Of a stretch of 64,000 bases of DNA, positions 50,335 to 59,462 are shown piece by piece. The DNA comes from Spirochaetia bacterium (GTDB lineage: Bacteria; Spirochaetota; Spirochaetia; SZUA-6; Bin103), in contig OZ241907.1 of NCBI GenBank assembly GCA_965203515.1, positions 3,264,001 through 3,328,000 on the forward strand, read 5' to 3'. A model generated the notes under the pieces. It had not been told where the DNA came from. It worked only from the letters and a program-made list of their open reading frames with translations, and did no database searches. Each line of letters begins with the position of its first letter. Position 1 is the stretch's first letter. The position numbers and the translations under genes were made by a program.

Positions 50335-51875
50335 ACGGGACTCCCCATTGCGAACGGCTCCGCGGCCGACGGCTGCCGCCGTGCACGGCTCGCGCCGCCG
50401 CGCCGCGCCGCGCGAACGGTCCGCGCGGCGCGGATGGCGGCGAAGAACGCGCGCAACCGCTCCGGATCCTTGCGCCCCGGCGCCGATTCCAGGCCGCTGG
50501 ACGCGTCGATCAGCTCCGGCGCGTGGCGATCGATCACGGCGCTCACGTTGCCGGGGTCGAGGCCGCCGGCCAGCCACAGCGGGCGGCGTGCGGCGGCGCC
50601 GTCGACCAGCTCGGCGCCGACGCGCCGGCCGGCTGCCGGCGCGTCGATCAGCACGCGCGGGCAGCGGTAGGCGTCGATGCGATCCAGGTCGGCGCGATCC
50701 CGCACGCGGACCGCCTTGAAGTAGGGCTGCGCCAGGTCAGCGCACCGTGCGGCGGGTTCGGAGCCGTGGAGTTGGACGGCGTCGAGATGCCCGTCGGCGC
50801 GCAGCGCCGCCGCGGTCGACGCGTCGTCGACCGCGACGCCTACCTTGAGCGCGCCGACGTCGCCGAGCCGGGCGATCATGTCGGGCGCGGCGCGGCGCGG
50901 CGAATCGGCCAGTATGAAGCCGATCAGGTCGGCGCCGGCCTCCGCGGCGCACAGCGCGTCGTCCCGGCAGGTGACGCCGCAGACCTTGACCAACGGCCGG
51001 GGCGCCGGTTCCCGCAGCGGCGAGCGCGCGTAGAGCCGGCCGCTCTCGCTAGTCGTCACCCTGCATCCAGCCCGCAGCGGCGAGCGCGCGTAGAGCCGGC
51101 CCCAGAAGTCGGGCGGCGCCGCGCCGCGGAAGGCGGCGGCCAGCTCGCCGGCCAGCTCCGGCCGGCGCACCACGCCTTCGCCCACCAGCACGCCCGCGAA
51201 GCCGGCGGCGCGCGCCAGCGACGCCTGTTCGGCGAAGAAGATCCCCGACTCGAAGACCAGCCGCGCCGGCCAGTCGATGAGCGGCCGCAGGCGGAGCGGG
51301 TGCGCCAGGTCGGTACCGAAGGTGGTCAGGTCGCGCGCGTTGATGCCGACCAGCGGCGGGCGCACGGCGCGCATCCGGTCCACGTCGGCGGGGTCGTGCA
51401 CCTCCACCAGGGCGGCCATGCCGAGCCGCTCGGCGGCGCGCAGCATCGACGCCAGCCGGTCCGCGTCGATCATGCCGGCGATCAGGAGCACCGCGTCGGC
51501 GCCGGCGCGATGGGAGACCTCGACGTCCCGCTCGTCGAGCAGAAAGTCCTTGCGCAGCACCGCCAGATCGGGAAAGCGCCGCTTGATCCGCGTCAAGTCG
51601 TCGAGCGAGCCGCCGAAGTGGTCCGGCTCGGTGAGCACCGACACGTGGCGGATGCCGGCCGCCGCGTAGCGCCCGGCCTGCCGCACGACGTCCAGCCCCG
51701 CGTCGATCGCGCCGCGGGAGGGCGACCGCTTCTTGATCTCGCAGATCACCAGCGGTCCGGCGGCGAACGGGACGGCCGGCGCCTGCCGCTCGGCGGGCAC
51801 GGCCGCGCCGAGCGCCGGCCCCTCGCGCGCGACGCGCGCGCGGCGGCGCGCGACGATGCGGTCGCGGATGGTCAC
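50331..51875 (-). CDS. trpCF: Fused indole-3-glycerol-phosphate synthase / phosphoribosylanthranilate isomerase
   Basis: ICEIKKRSPS, SVLTEP, LRKDF, GINARDL, FESGI; then VKVCGV, AVQLHG, LAGGL.P.NV, DASSGLE..PGRKD. Confidence 0.94.
   Translation of the reverse strand: MTIRDRIVARRRARVAREGPALGAAVPAERQAPAVPFAAGPLVICEIKKRSPSRGAIDAGLDVVRQAGRYAAAGIRHVSVLTEPDHFGGSLDDLTRIKRRFPDLAVLRKDFLLDERDVEVSHRAGADAVLLIAGMIDADRLASMLRAAERLGMAALVEVHDPADVDRMRAVRPPLVGINARDLTTFGTDLAHPLRLRPLIDWPARLVFESGIFFAEQASLARAAGFAGVLVGEGVVRRPELAGELAAAFRGAAPPDFWGRLYARSPLRAGCRVTTSESGRLYARSPLREPAPRPLVKVCGVTCRDDALCAAEAGADLIGFILADSPRRAAPDMIARLGDVGALKVGVAVDDASTAAALRADGHLDAVQLHGSEPAARCADLAQPYFKAVRVRDRADLDRIDAYRCPRVLIDAPAAGRRVGAELVDGAAARRPLWLAGGLDPGNVSAVIDRHAPELIDASSGLESAPGRKDPERLRAFFAAIRAARTVRAARRGGASRARRQPSAAEPFAMGSPV
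51011..51101. repeat. 31-bp perfect direct repeat flanking a 29-bp unique segment inside trpCF
   Basis: cccgcagcggcgagcgcgcgtagagccggcc at 51011-51041 and 51071-51101; the protein reads GRLYARSPLR-AGCRVTTSES-GRLYARSPLR. Confidence 0.92.
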
Positions 51876-53494
51876 GACGACGGTCCGGCGCCGCGTTCGG
51901 CCAACGCCGCCGCCAGGGCGGTGATCTCGTCTACCTTGCGCGCCACCGCTCCCGAGTTCAGCGTCCGCAGGGCGGTCCGCACGCCGGCGCGGAGGTCCGC
52001 GGCCAGCCCACACACGTGCAGCGCCGCGCCGGCGTTGACCGCGATCGCGTCGCGCAGCGCGGGACGGCCGGCGCCGGCCATCAGCTCGCGGGCCTGCGCG
52101 ACGTTCTCCGCCGGCGTGCCGCCGCCGACCGCTCCCCGGTCGTGGCGGCCGACGCCCAGCGCTTCCGGCGTCAGGCGCAGCTCCTCCGCTCGGCCCGACT
52201 CGTCGATCAGCACCGCGCGCGTGGGGCCGATCACGGAGATCTCGTCGCCGCCGTCATCGCCGTGCACGGTCATCACCCGCCGTACGCCCAGCAGCCGGGC
52301 CGCCTCCGCGACCACCCGGCAGAGCGCCCCGTCGTAGACGCCGATGACCTGCCAGACGGCGCCGGCCGGATTGGCCAGCGGCCCGAGCAGGTTCATCACC
52401 GTCTTGATGCCGAGCTCCTGCCGCACCGGCGCGGCGTGGCGCATGGAGCCGTGGTAGGTCGGGGCGAACAGAAAGGCGAACCCAGTCCCGGCCAGCAGCT
52501 CGGCGGAGGCCGCCGGGTCGAGGTCGGAGCGGACGCCCAGCGCGGCGTAGAAGTCGGCGCTGCCGCTCTTGCGGGTGAAGGAGCGGTTGCCGTGCTTGGC
52601 GACGCGGGCGCCGGCAGCGCAGGCGACCAGCGCGGCCATCGACGAGATGTTGAAGCTGCCGGTGCCGGCCCCGCCGGTGCCGCACGTGTCCAGGAAATCG
52701 CCCGACGCCGCCAGCGGCGTCTTCTTGCGCCGCAGAACCGACGCGCAGCCGGCGATCTCGGCCGCGGCGTATCCCTTGGCGTTCAACGCCACCAGGAAGC
52801 CGGCGATCTGCGCGGTGTTGAGGTTGCCGTCGGTCAGCTCCTCCATGAACTCGGCGGCCTGCTCCTGCGTCAGGTCGGTGCCGGCCGCCACCCGGTTCAG
52901 CAGCCCCGGCACGTCGAGCGGTTCGCGTTTGTAGTCGAGAAAATTCGCCAACAGTCTCCTCCCATGATCGGAAGCGATCGATTCCGGGTGAAACTGCACG
53001 CCCTCCACGACGCACCGTTCATGCCGGATGCCCATGATCTCGCCGTCCGCCGACCGGGCGGTGACGGCGAACCCGTCCGGCACCGTCTCCGGGTCGAGCA
53101 CCAGCGAATGGTAGCGGGTGAAGATCGCCGGCGACGGTATGCCGCGAAACACGCCGCGCCCGTCGGAGGTTATCGCGTCGGTCTTGCCGTGCACGATCGC
53201 CCGCGCCTGGATGATACGCCCTCCGAAGGCGGCGCCGATCGCCTGATGGCCCAGGCAGACGCCCAGGATCGGGACCTCGCCGGCGAACCGCCGGATCGCC
53301 GCCAGGCTCACGCCGGCCTCCTCCGGGCGGCCCGGGCCGGGCGAGATGACGATCCCCGCCGGCCGCAGCGCGGCGATCCCGTCGACGTCGATCCGGTCGT
53401 TGCGGTACACGCGGATCTCCTGATCGGTGAGCTCCGACAGGTACTGGAACAGGTTGTAGGTAAACGAGTCGTAGTTGTCGATCAGCACGTACAT
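51872..53494 (-). CDS. trpGD: Fused anthranilate synthase component II / anthranilate phosphoribosyltransferase
   Basis: IDNYDSFTYNL, SPGPG, GVCLGHQ, QFHPES; then DTCGTGG, NISS, KHGNR, NLLGPLANP. Confidence 0.95.
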   Translation of the reverse strand: MYVLIDNYDSFTYNLFQYLSELTDQEIRVYRNDRIDVDGIAALRPAGIVISPGPGRPEEAGVSLAAIRRFAGEVPILGVCLGHQAIGAAFGGRIIQARAIVHGKTDAITSDGRGVFRGIPSPAIFTRYHSLVLDPETVPDGFAVTARSADGEIMGIRHERCVVEGVQFHPESIASDHGRRLLANFLDYKREPLDVPGLLNRVAAGTDLTQEQAAEFMEELTDGNLNTAQIAGFLVALNAKGYAAAEIAGCASVLRRKKTPLAASGDFLDTCGTGGAGTGSFNISSMAALVACAAGARVAKHGNRSFTRKSGSADFYAALGVRSDLDPAASAELLAGTGFAFLFAPTYHGSMRHAAPVRQELGIKTVMNLLGPLANPAGAVWQVIGVYDGALCRVVAEAARLLGVRRVMTVHGDDGGDEISVIGPTRAVLIDESGRAEELRLTPEALGVGRHDRGAVGGGTPAENVAQARELMAGAGRPALRDAIAVNAGAALHVCGLAADLRAGVRTALRTLNSGAVARKVDEITALAAALAERGAGPSS

Positions 53495-54885
53495 CAGAGC
53501 GTCACCCCCAGCGCCTTGACGAGCGCTCGCAGCTTTTCGTCGGTCTCCTCCAACTCGCGCTCCGGCGACGAGTCGTATACCACCCCGGCGCCGGCCTGCA
53601 GCACCATCGTTCCGTCCTTCTTGAGGCCGCAACGGATGGCGATGCAGGTGTCCAGGGAGCCGTCCGGTTCCACGTAGCCGACGACGCCCGCGTAGAAGCT
53701 GCGCGGCGCGGCTTCCAGGCGGTCGATCACCTCCATGGCGCGGATCTTCGGAGCGCCGGATACGGTGCCGGCCGGAAAGGTGGCGCGCAGCGCGTCGACC
53801 CCGTCGCGGCCCGGCAACAGGTCTCCCTCGACCTGCGAGACGATGTGCATCACGTGCGAGTAGCGTTCGATCACGTTGCGCTCGGTCACCTCGACCGAGC
53901 CGGGCACGCACACCCGGCCCAGGTCGTTGCGTCCCAGGTCGACCAGCATCAGGTGCTCGGCCAGCTCCTTCCGGTCGCCGAGCAGTTCCGCTTCCAGCGC
54001 CGCGTCCTCGGCCCGATCGGCGCCGCGCCGCCGCGTGCCCGCGATCGGGCGCAGGATGGCGCGGCCCTGCCGGCAGCGAACGTGCACCTCCGGGGAGGCG
54101 CCGAACAGCTCGAAGCCGTCGTAGCGCAGGTAGAACATGTAGGGCGAGGGGTTGGTGGTGCGCAGGTTCCGGTACGCTTCCAGCGCCGGCAGGTCCGTGC
54201 GCACGGCGAGGCGCCGCGACAGTACGCCCTGCAGGAGGTTGCCGGCGATGATCTCCTCCCGGATCTCCCGGACCCCGGCCAGGTAGCGCGGCGGGTCCCC
54301 GCCGTCCGCCACCTGCGCCTCCGCCCGGCGGCGCGCCGGCGCCATGAAGTTGAAGTCCATGTCGTCGAGCCGCTCCATCGCCGCTTCGATCGCCGCGTCC
54401 AGGTCGATCTCGTAGCCGTCGTAGTTGAGGCCGAGCAGGGTCACCGAATCGACGTAGTGATCGAACACGGCGAACAGATGGCCGAACAGGAAGGCGGCGT
54501 CCGGCAGGCCCAGCACGTCGGGTCGCTTCTGCAGGCGCACGGTATCGAAGCGCGAGGCGTACTCGTAGCTCAGGAAGCCGATGCCGCCGGCCGGGAACGG
54601 GAAGTCGAACGCGGCGCCGGCATGCTGGGCCGCGAACGAGGTCAACACGTCCAGGATGTCGCGCTCCGGGTCCGGCAGCCGCGTCTGCGTCCCGCCGCGG
54701 GTGAGGAACACGCCGGCGGCCGTCTCGCGGATGCAGAACGCCTCGCGCACCAGCAGGATCGAGTAGCGCTCGCGCCCCTTCATGAAGGACGCCGACTCCA
54801 GCAGCACGCGCGCATCCAGCTTCCGGGCCAGCGTCACCGGCGTGAAGCGCTCGGCCGATATCGTCTTCGTCGCTGTCTTCCGCAT
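53494..54885 (-). CDS. trpE: Anthranilate synthase component I
   Basis: LLESA, NPSPYMF, SPE, PIAGTRRRG, EHLMLVDLGRND, FPAGTVSGAPKIRAM; SD GGAGGAGG upstream. Confidence 0.96.
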   Translation of the reverse strand: MRKTATKTISAERFTPVTLARKLDARVLLESASFMKGRERYSILLVREAFCIRETAAGVFLTRGGTQTRLPDPERDILDVLTSFAAQHAGAAFDFPFPAGGIGFLSYEYASRFDTVRLQKRPDVLGLPDAAFLFGHLFAVFDHYVDSVTLLGLNYDGYEIDLDAAIEAAMERLDDMDFNFMAPARRRAEAQVADGGDPPRYLAGVREIREEIIAGNLLQGVLSRRLAVRTDLPALEAYRNLRTTNPSPYMFYLRYDGFELFGASPEVHVRCRQGRAILRPIAGTRRRGADRAEDAALEAELLGDRKELAEHLMLVDLGRNDLGRVCVPGSVEVTERNVIERYSHVMHIVSQVEGDLLPGRDGVDALRATFPAGTVSGAPKIRAMEVIDRLEAAPRSFYAGVVGYVEPDGSLDTCIAIRCGLKKDGTMVLQAGAGVVYDSSPERELEETDEKLRALVKALGVTL

Positions 54886-54910
54886 AATCTCGCCTCCTCC
54901 CTGAACAGAC

Positions 54911-54954
54911 AAAAAGCCGCAGGACCCGGTGCAACTACCGGAACCTGCGGCTTT
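54911..54954 (-). terminator. Trp attenuator terminator hairpin
   Basis: AAAGCCGCAGG-uuccggu-aguugc-accgggu-CCUGCGGCUUUUU upstream of trpE. Confidence 0.92.
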
Positions 54955-54992
54955 CGGCACGTGCCGCCGTGCGGCCTGGTGCGCGGTTCCGG

Positions 54993-55067
54993 TTATGACA
55001 CCGGCCACCACCACGCGCGCACGCCGCGCGTCGAATCGATCGTCGAGCTGTCGTTGCGATCGGTCAT
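54993..55067 (-). CDS. trpL: trp operon leader peptide MTDRNDSSTIDSTRGVRAWWWPVS
   Basis: 24 aa with TGG-TGG-TGG, lying between the promoter and the terminator upstream of trpE. Confidence 0.92.
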   Translation of the reverse strand: MTDRNDSSTIDSTRGVRAWWWPVS

Positions 55068-55077
55068 TTCGGAGTCG

Positions 55078-55106
55078 ATGCTATCGGCGCGGTTGGACGA
55101 CGTCAA
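55078..55106 (-). promoter_or_regulatory. Sigma70 promoter of the trp operon
   Basis: TTGACG-17 nt-TAGCAT, 10 nt before the leader ATG. Confidence 0.82.
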
Positions 55107-55128
55107 GCGCTTGCGGCAGGCTTTCGGC

Positions 55129-56487
55129 ATGGCGCGCCGCAACGGGGATCGACCGCACGTCGTCTACGTCGATTGCCACGACCTGGGAGACTGGCTGGGC
55201 TGTTACGGGCGGCCCGATCCGCGCACGCCGCACCTGGACGAGCTGGCCGCCGCGGGCGCGCGCTTCGGCATGCACGTGGCCACCGCGCCGATCTGCATAC
55301 CCAGCCGCTCGTCCATGTACACCGGGTCATTGCCGCACGAGGTGGGGGTCGTCGGCCAGGAGCCGCTCGCGCCCGGCACGATCTGCATGGCGGCGCGGTT
55401 CCGACGGGCCGGGTACCGCACGGTGCTGTGCGGCCGCATGATGATTCCCAACGACCCGCAGTGGGCGGGGTTCACGGAGCAGATCGCCGCCGTTCCCGAA
55501 GACCAGGCCGACGCGGCGGCGGCCTTCATCGACGCGCAGCGCGCCGGCGGCGGACCGTTCCTGCTGTCGGTGTCGTTCACGCAGTGCCACCGCCCGTTCG
55601 GCGCGGCGTTCGACGCGGCGCTGGCGGACCGGATCGCCGTGCCGCCCTATCTTCCCGACACCGCGGTCACGCGCCGCGACCTGGCCGCCCTGGCGCGGCA
55701 GATCGCCGACCTGGACGCCCGCGTCGGCCGCATCATGGCCGCCATCGACGGCGCCGGGCTCCGCGAACGCACCCTGGTCGTGTTCACCACCGAGCACGGC
55801 CCGGCCGTGGCTCGCGCCAAGCACACCATCTACGACTCCGGACTGCGCACGGCGCTGCTGATGCGGCTGCCCGGCGTGATCGCGGCGGGGAAGACGATCG
55901 ACCGGCTGTCGAGCAACGTGGACCTGCTGCCGACCCTGGCCGACCTCTGCGGGCTCGAGCGCCTGCACGGCATTCCGGGACTGAGCTGGGCCGCGCAGCT
56001 CGCCGGCGAGCCGGCCGCGCCGTTGCGCCGGTGGGCGTTCAGCCAGCTCAACTGGGGCCGGCGCAGCGGCCGCTGGTACTACACGCCGGCCCGCTCCATC
56101 CGCGGCGCCCGCTACAAGCTGATCCGCAGCTACCGCCGGATTCCGATCTTCGTCGATAACGGCTGGCTGGCGCGCTACGCCGGCGATCGGACGGCGGTGG
56201 AACGCCGGTACCGCGCTCCGCTGCCGGCGGCGCAGCTCTTCGATCTTGCCGAGGATCCGTTCGAGTTGCGCGACCGCGCCGGCGACCCCGCCCTGGCCGC
56301 CGTGGAAGCGCGGCTCAGCGAGCGCCTGGACCGGCACCTGCAGGCGACCGGCGACCCGATTCTCCGCGGGCCGGTCGCCAACCACACGGGCGAGCCGGAC
56401 GTCTGCCAGTGGCGCGAGCGGCCGGACGGCAGCTTCGCCCTGGCGCCCGACGATCCGGTCGACCCCGGCGAAGCGCCCTTCCTCTGA
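55129..56487 (+). CDS. Formylglycine-dependent sulfatase
   Basis: HVVYVDCHDLG, TPHLDELA, CIPSR (CxPxR), FTTEHG, SNVDLLPT, LFDLAEDPFE. Confidence 0.93.
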   Translation: MARRNGDRPHVVYVDCHDLGDWLGCYGRPDPRTPHLDELAAAGARFGMHVATAPICIPSRSSMYTGSLPHEVGVVGQEPLAPGTICMAARFRRAGYRTVLCGRMMIPNDPQWAGFTEQIAAVPEDQADAAAAFIDAQRAGGGPFLLSVSFTQCHRPFGAAFDAALADRIAVPPYLPDTAVTRRDLAALARQIADLDARVGRIMAAIDGAGLRERTLVVFTTEHGPAVARAKHTIYDSGLRTALLMRLPGVIAAGKTIDRLSSNVDLLPTLADLCGLERLHGIPGLSWAAQLAGEPAAPLRRWAFSQLNWGRRSGRWYYTPARSIRGARYKLIRSYRRIPIFVDNGWLARYAGDRTAVERRYRAPLPAAQLFDLAEDPFELRDRAGDPALAAVEARLSERLDRHLQATGDPILRGPVANHTGEPDVCQWRERPDGSFALAPDDPVDPGEAPFL

Positions 56488-56520
56488 CCGGGCCGGGTCA
56501 AACGCCCCCGCGCCGTCCCC

Positions 56521-57237
56521 TCACCACACGCTCCGCATCGCCCGCACGCAGCGCTGCAGGGCCGGCATCGGGTCATGCACGTCCCCTTCGTATTCCAGGA
56601 TCAGCGGGCCGTCGAAGCCGATCCGGTCCAGGGCGGCGGCCAAGCCCGGCAGGTCCAGGTTGCCGGTGCCGACCACCACGTCGATCGGCTCGCGCCCCTG
56701 CCGGTAGACGAAGTCCTTGACGTGCACGCCGTACAGCCGGTCGCCGGCGAGCCGCGCCAGCTCGACCGGATCGGCGCGCGCGTCGATCGCCCAGGCGGTG
56801 TCGAGCATCACGCCGATCTCGGGTCCGGTCGACTGGAGCAGCAGCTCCACCATGGCCTGCGACCCCAGCCAGTGGCCGCCGCCGTGGTTGTGCACGGCCA
56901 GCCGCAGTCCCAGCTCGCCGGCCACCTGCGCCGCGGTACGGAACGCCTCGGATGAGAACGCGGGCGGAAAGTCGACGCTGACCAGGCCGGTCCCCAGCCG
57001 CCGGGCGAGCTCCAGGCTCGCGCGCATCGCTTCCGCATCGCCGGCGAGCTGCACCACGCCGGTGCTGACGATGGCGATGCCGGCGGCCGCGAACGGATCG
57101 GGGTCAGCCGCATGCGGGCGGGCCAACTCGATCTGCGCCAGCCCCAGTTCGGCGACCATCCGCGCCGCCGCGCGGGAGTCGGTGCAGCCCCGCAGGCACC
57201 ACGTCTGGATCGCCAGATCACGGTGTACGCTACCCAT
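56521..57237 (-). CDS. Sugar phosphate isomerase/epimerase (xylose-isomerase-like TIM barrel)
   Basis: LAVHNHG, LDTAW, VHVKD, GTGNLD, ILEYE. Confidence 0.9.
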   Translation of the reverse strand: MGSVHRDLAIQTWCLRGCTDSRAAARMVAELGLAQIELARPHAADPDPFAAAGIAIVSTGVVQLAGDAEAMRASLELARRLGTGLVSVDFPPAFSSEAFRTAAQVAGELGLRLAVHNHGGGHWLGSQAMVELLLQSTGPEIGVMLDTAWAIDARADPVELARLAGDRLYGVHVKDFVYRQGREPIDVVVGTGNLDLPGLAAALDRIGFDGPLILEYEGDVHDPMPALQRCVRAMRSVW

Positions 57238-57248
57238 GGCGCGAGTCT

Positions 57249-59462
57249 ATGGGTTTGTCAGGGCATCGAAAAGCGACCGCGGACCGTTCGCAACCGCTGG
57301 CCGCGCGCATGCGGCCGCGCACGCTGGACGAGGTGGCCGGCCAGCAGCACGTCATCGGGCCGGGCCGCCTGCTGCGGCGGGCGATCGAGGCCGACCGACT
57401 CTCCTCGATCATCCTGTACGGCCCTCCCGGAACGGGCAAGACCACGTTGGCGCGGGTCATCGCCAACACCACCCGCGCGCACTTCATCGCCATCAACGCC
57501 GTGCTGGCCGGGGTCAAGGACCTGCGGGAAGCGATCAAGGTGGCCGGCCGGCACGCCGAGGAGCACGGCCGCCGCACCATCCTGTTCGTGGACGAGGTGC
57601 ACCGCTGGAACAAGGCGCAACAGGACGCGCTGCTGCCGTGGGTGGAGTCGGGAACCGTGATCCTGATCGGCGCCACCACGGAGAACCCGTACTTCGAGGT
57701 GATCAAGCCGCTGGTGAGCCGCAGCCGCATCTTCCAGCTTCTGGCGCTCGATGCCGGCGACCTGCGCGCGCTCGCCGCGCGCGCCTTGGCCGACGGCGAG
57801 CGCGGCTACGGCCGCCTGCAGGTCGACCTGCGGCCCGAGGCGCTCGACCATCTGGTCGACGTGGCGGCGGGCGACGCCCGCAGCCTGCTCAACGCCCTGG
57901 AGTTGGCGGTGGAGACCACCGATCCGGCCGGCGGGCCGATCGTCGTCGACCTGGCGGTGGCCGAGGAGTCGATCCAGCGGCGGGCGGTGCTGTACGACAA
58001 GGACGGCGACGCGCACTACGACACGATCAGCGCCTTCATCAAGAGCGTGCGCGGCTCCGACCCCGACGCCGCGCTCTACTGGTTGGCGCGGATGGTCTAC
58101 GCCGGCGAGGACCCGCGCTTCCTGTTCCGGCGCATGCTGATCCTGGCCGCCGAGGACGTGGGGCTGGCCGATCCGCAGGCGGTCGGCGTGGTCGCCGGCT
58201 GCGCGCAGGCGTTCGACTACGTGGGTATGCCGGAGGGCCGCTTCCATCTGGCGGAGGCGGCCCTGTACCTGTCGACCGCCGCCAAGAGCAACTCGGCTCT
58301 GGGCTTCTTCGACGCCCTGAGCGCGGTGGGCAAGGAGGCGCCGGGCGAGGTGCCGACGCATCTGCGCGACGCCAGTCGCGACGCGGAGGGATTCGGTCAC
58401 GGCGCCGGCTACGCCTACCCGCACGCGTTCCGCGACCACTGGGTAGCGCAGCGCTACCTGCCGGCGGCGCTGGCCGGACGGGTCTTCTATCGGCCGTCGG
58501 CGATGGGATACGAGGGGGAGCTGGCGCTGCAGGTGGCGCGCCGCCGCGAGGAGCAGCTCGCTGCCATGCTCGACGACGACGTGCCGGCGGAGGGGCTCAC
58601 GTCGGCCGGATCGCGGGTGGCCGACGAGCGCGAGCGCTGGCTGGCCCGCGTCGCCGGCGGCCGGTCGGCGGCGCTGGCAGCGATCCGCGACCGCGTGCTG
58701 GACGGCGCGCGGGTCCGGCGCCATCACGTCGTGCTGGACTTGGCGATGGGCACCGGGCTCCTGACCTGGGAGCTGCTGCGGCGTGCGCCGGAAGGCGGCG
58801 TCTATGCGCTGGCGCCGTCGGCCGACCGCTTGGCGCTGGCGCGCCAGATGATCGAGGCCGCGCCGGCCGGCGAGCGGCCGGTGCTGCTGGCCGGCGGGCT
58901 CGGCCGGCTGGGCGAGGCGCTGGCGGACGCCGGCGCGGCGTCGGTGCGGTTCGATGCGGCGGTCGGCCGCGGCGCGCTGGCGCGGCTCGACGACCGGGAG
59001 GCGGCGCTGAGCGGGCTGCGCGCGGCGATGGCTCCGGGCGCGCGGCTGTCGATCGCGGAGACCGACGGCGCGTCGTTCCCGGCGCTGACCGAGCTGTTCC
59101 CGCTGCCGGCCGCGCGCGGCGAACTGGCCGAGCGGATCGCACGGGTGCAGCGGAGCATCGCCGGCGCCGCGGCGCCCGCGCCGGAGCGGCTGCGGGCTGT
59201 GCTGGAGGCGGCCGGCTTCGCGGAGGTCGCCGTCGACGAGGAACGGCTGCACGCCGACATCCAGGTCAACCCGGCGTGGATCGACCGGCTGCTCGGCAAC
59301 GAGCGCCGCGCGGGGCCCCTCGCGCAGGCGCTGCGGCGCGAGCTGCCGCCGGACGACTTGGCCGCGCTGCGCGCCGCGGCGACCGCGGCCGTCGGCCGCA
59401 CCGTCGCGTGGCGGCGGACCGTGATCTACGCGCGCGCCACCGTCTCGAACAGCTTGTCGTAG
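57249..59462 (+). CDS. rarA: Replication-associated recombination protein RarA/MgsA with C-terminal methyltransferase-like extension (start approximate)
   Basis: PLAARMRP, GPPGTGKTT, FVDEVHRWNKAQQD, GATTENP, ISAFIKSVRGSDPD, EDVGLADP; tail VLDLAMGTG. Confidence 0.93.
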   Translation: MGLSGHRKATADRSQPLAARMRPRTLDEVAGQQHVIGPGRLLRRAIEADRLSSIILYGPPGTGKTTLARVIANTTRAHFIAINAVLAGVKDLREAIKVAGRHAEEHGRRTILFVDEVHRWNKAQQDALLPWVESGTVILIGATTENPYFEVIKPLVSRSRIFQLLALDAGDLRALAARALADGERGYGRLQVDLRPEALDHLVDVAAGDARSLLNALELAVETTDPAGGPIVVDLAVAEESIQRRAVLYDKDGDAHYDTISAFIKSVRGSDPDAALYWLARMVYAGEDPRFLFRRMLILAAEDVGLADPQAVGVVAGCAQAFDYVGMPEGRFHLAEAALYLSTAAKSNSALGFFDALSAVGKEAPGEVPTHLRDASRDAEGFGHGAGYAYPHAFRDHWVAQRYLPAALAGRVFYRPSAMGYEGELALQVARRREEQLAAMLDDDVPAEGLTSAGSRVADERERWLARVAGGRSAALAAIRDRVLDGARVRRHHVVLDLAMGTGLLTWELLRRAPEGGVYALAPSADRLALARQMIEAAPAGERPVLLAGGLGRLGEALADAGAASVRFDAAVGRGALARLDDREAALSGLRAAMAPGARLSIAETDGASFPALTELFPLPAARGELAERIARVQRSIAGAAAPAPERLRAVLEAAGFAEVAVDEERLHADIQVNPAWIDRLLGNERRAGPLAQALRRELPPDDLAALRAAATAAVGRTVAWRRTVIYARATVSNSLS

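Noticed and set aside
51011..51101. CRISPR array interpretation of the 31-bp repeats
   Set aside because: Only two copies, the repeat is coding sequence inside trpCF, and there is no leader and no cas gene in the window.
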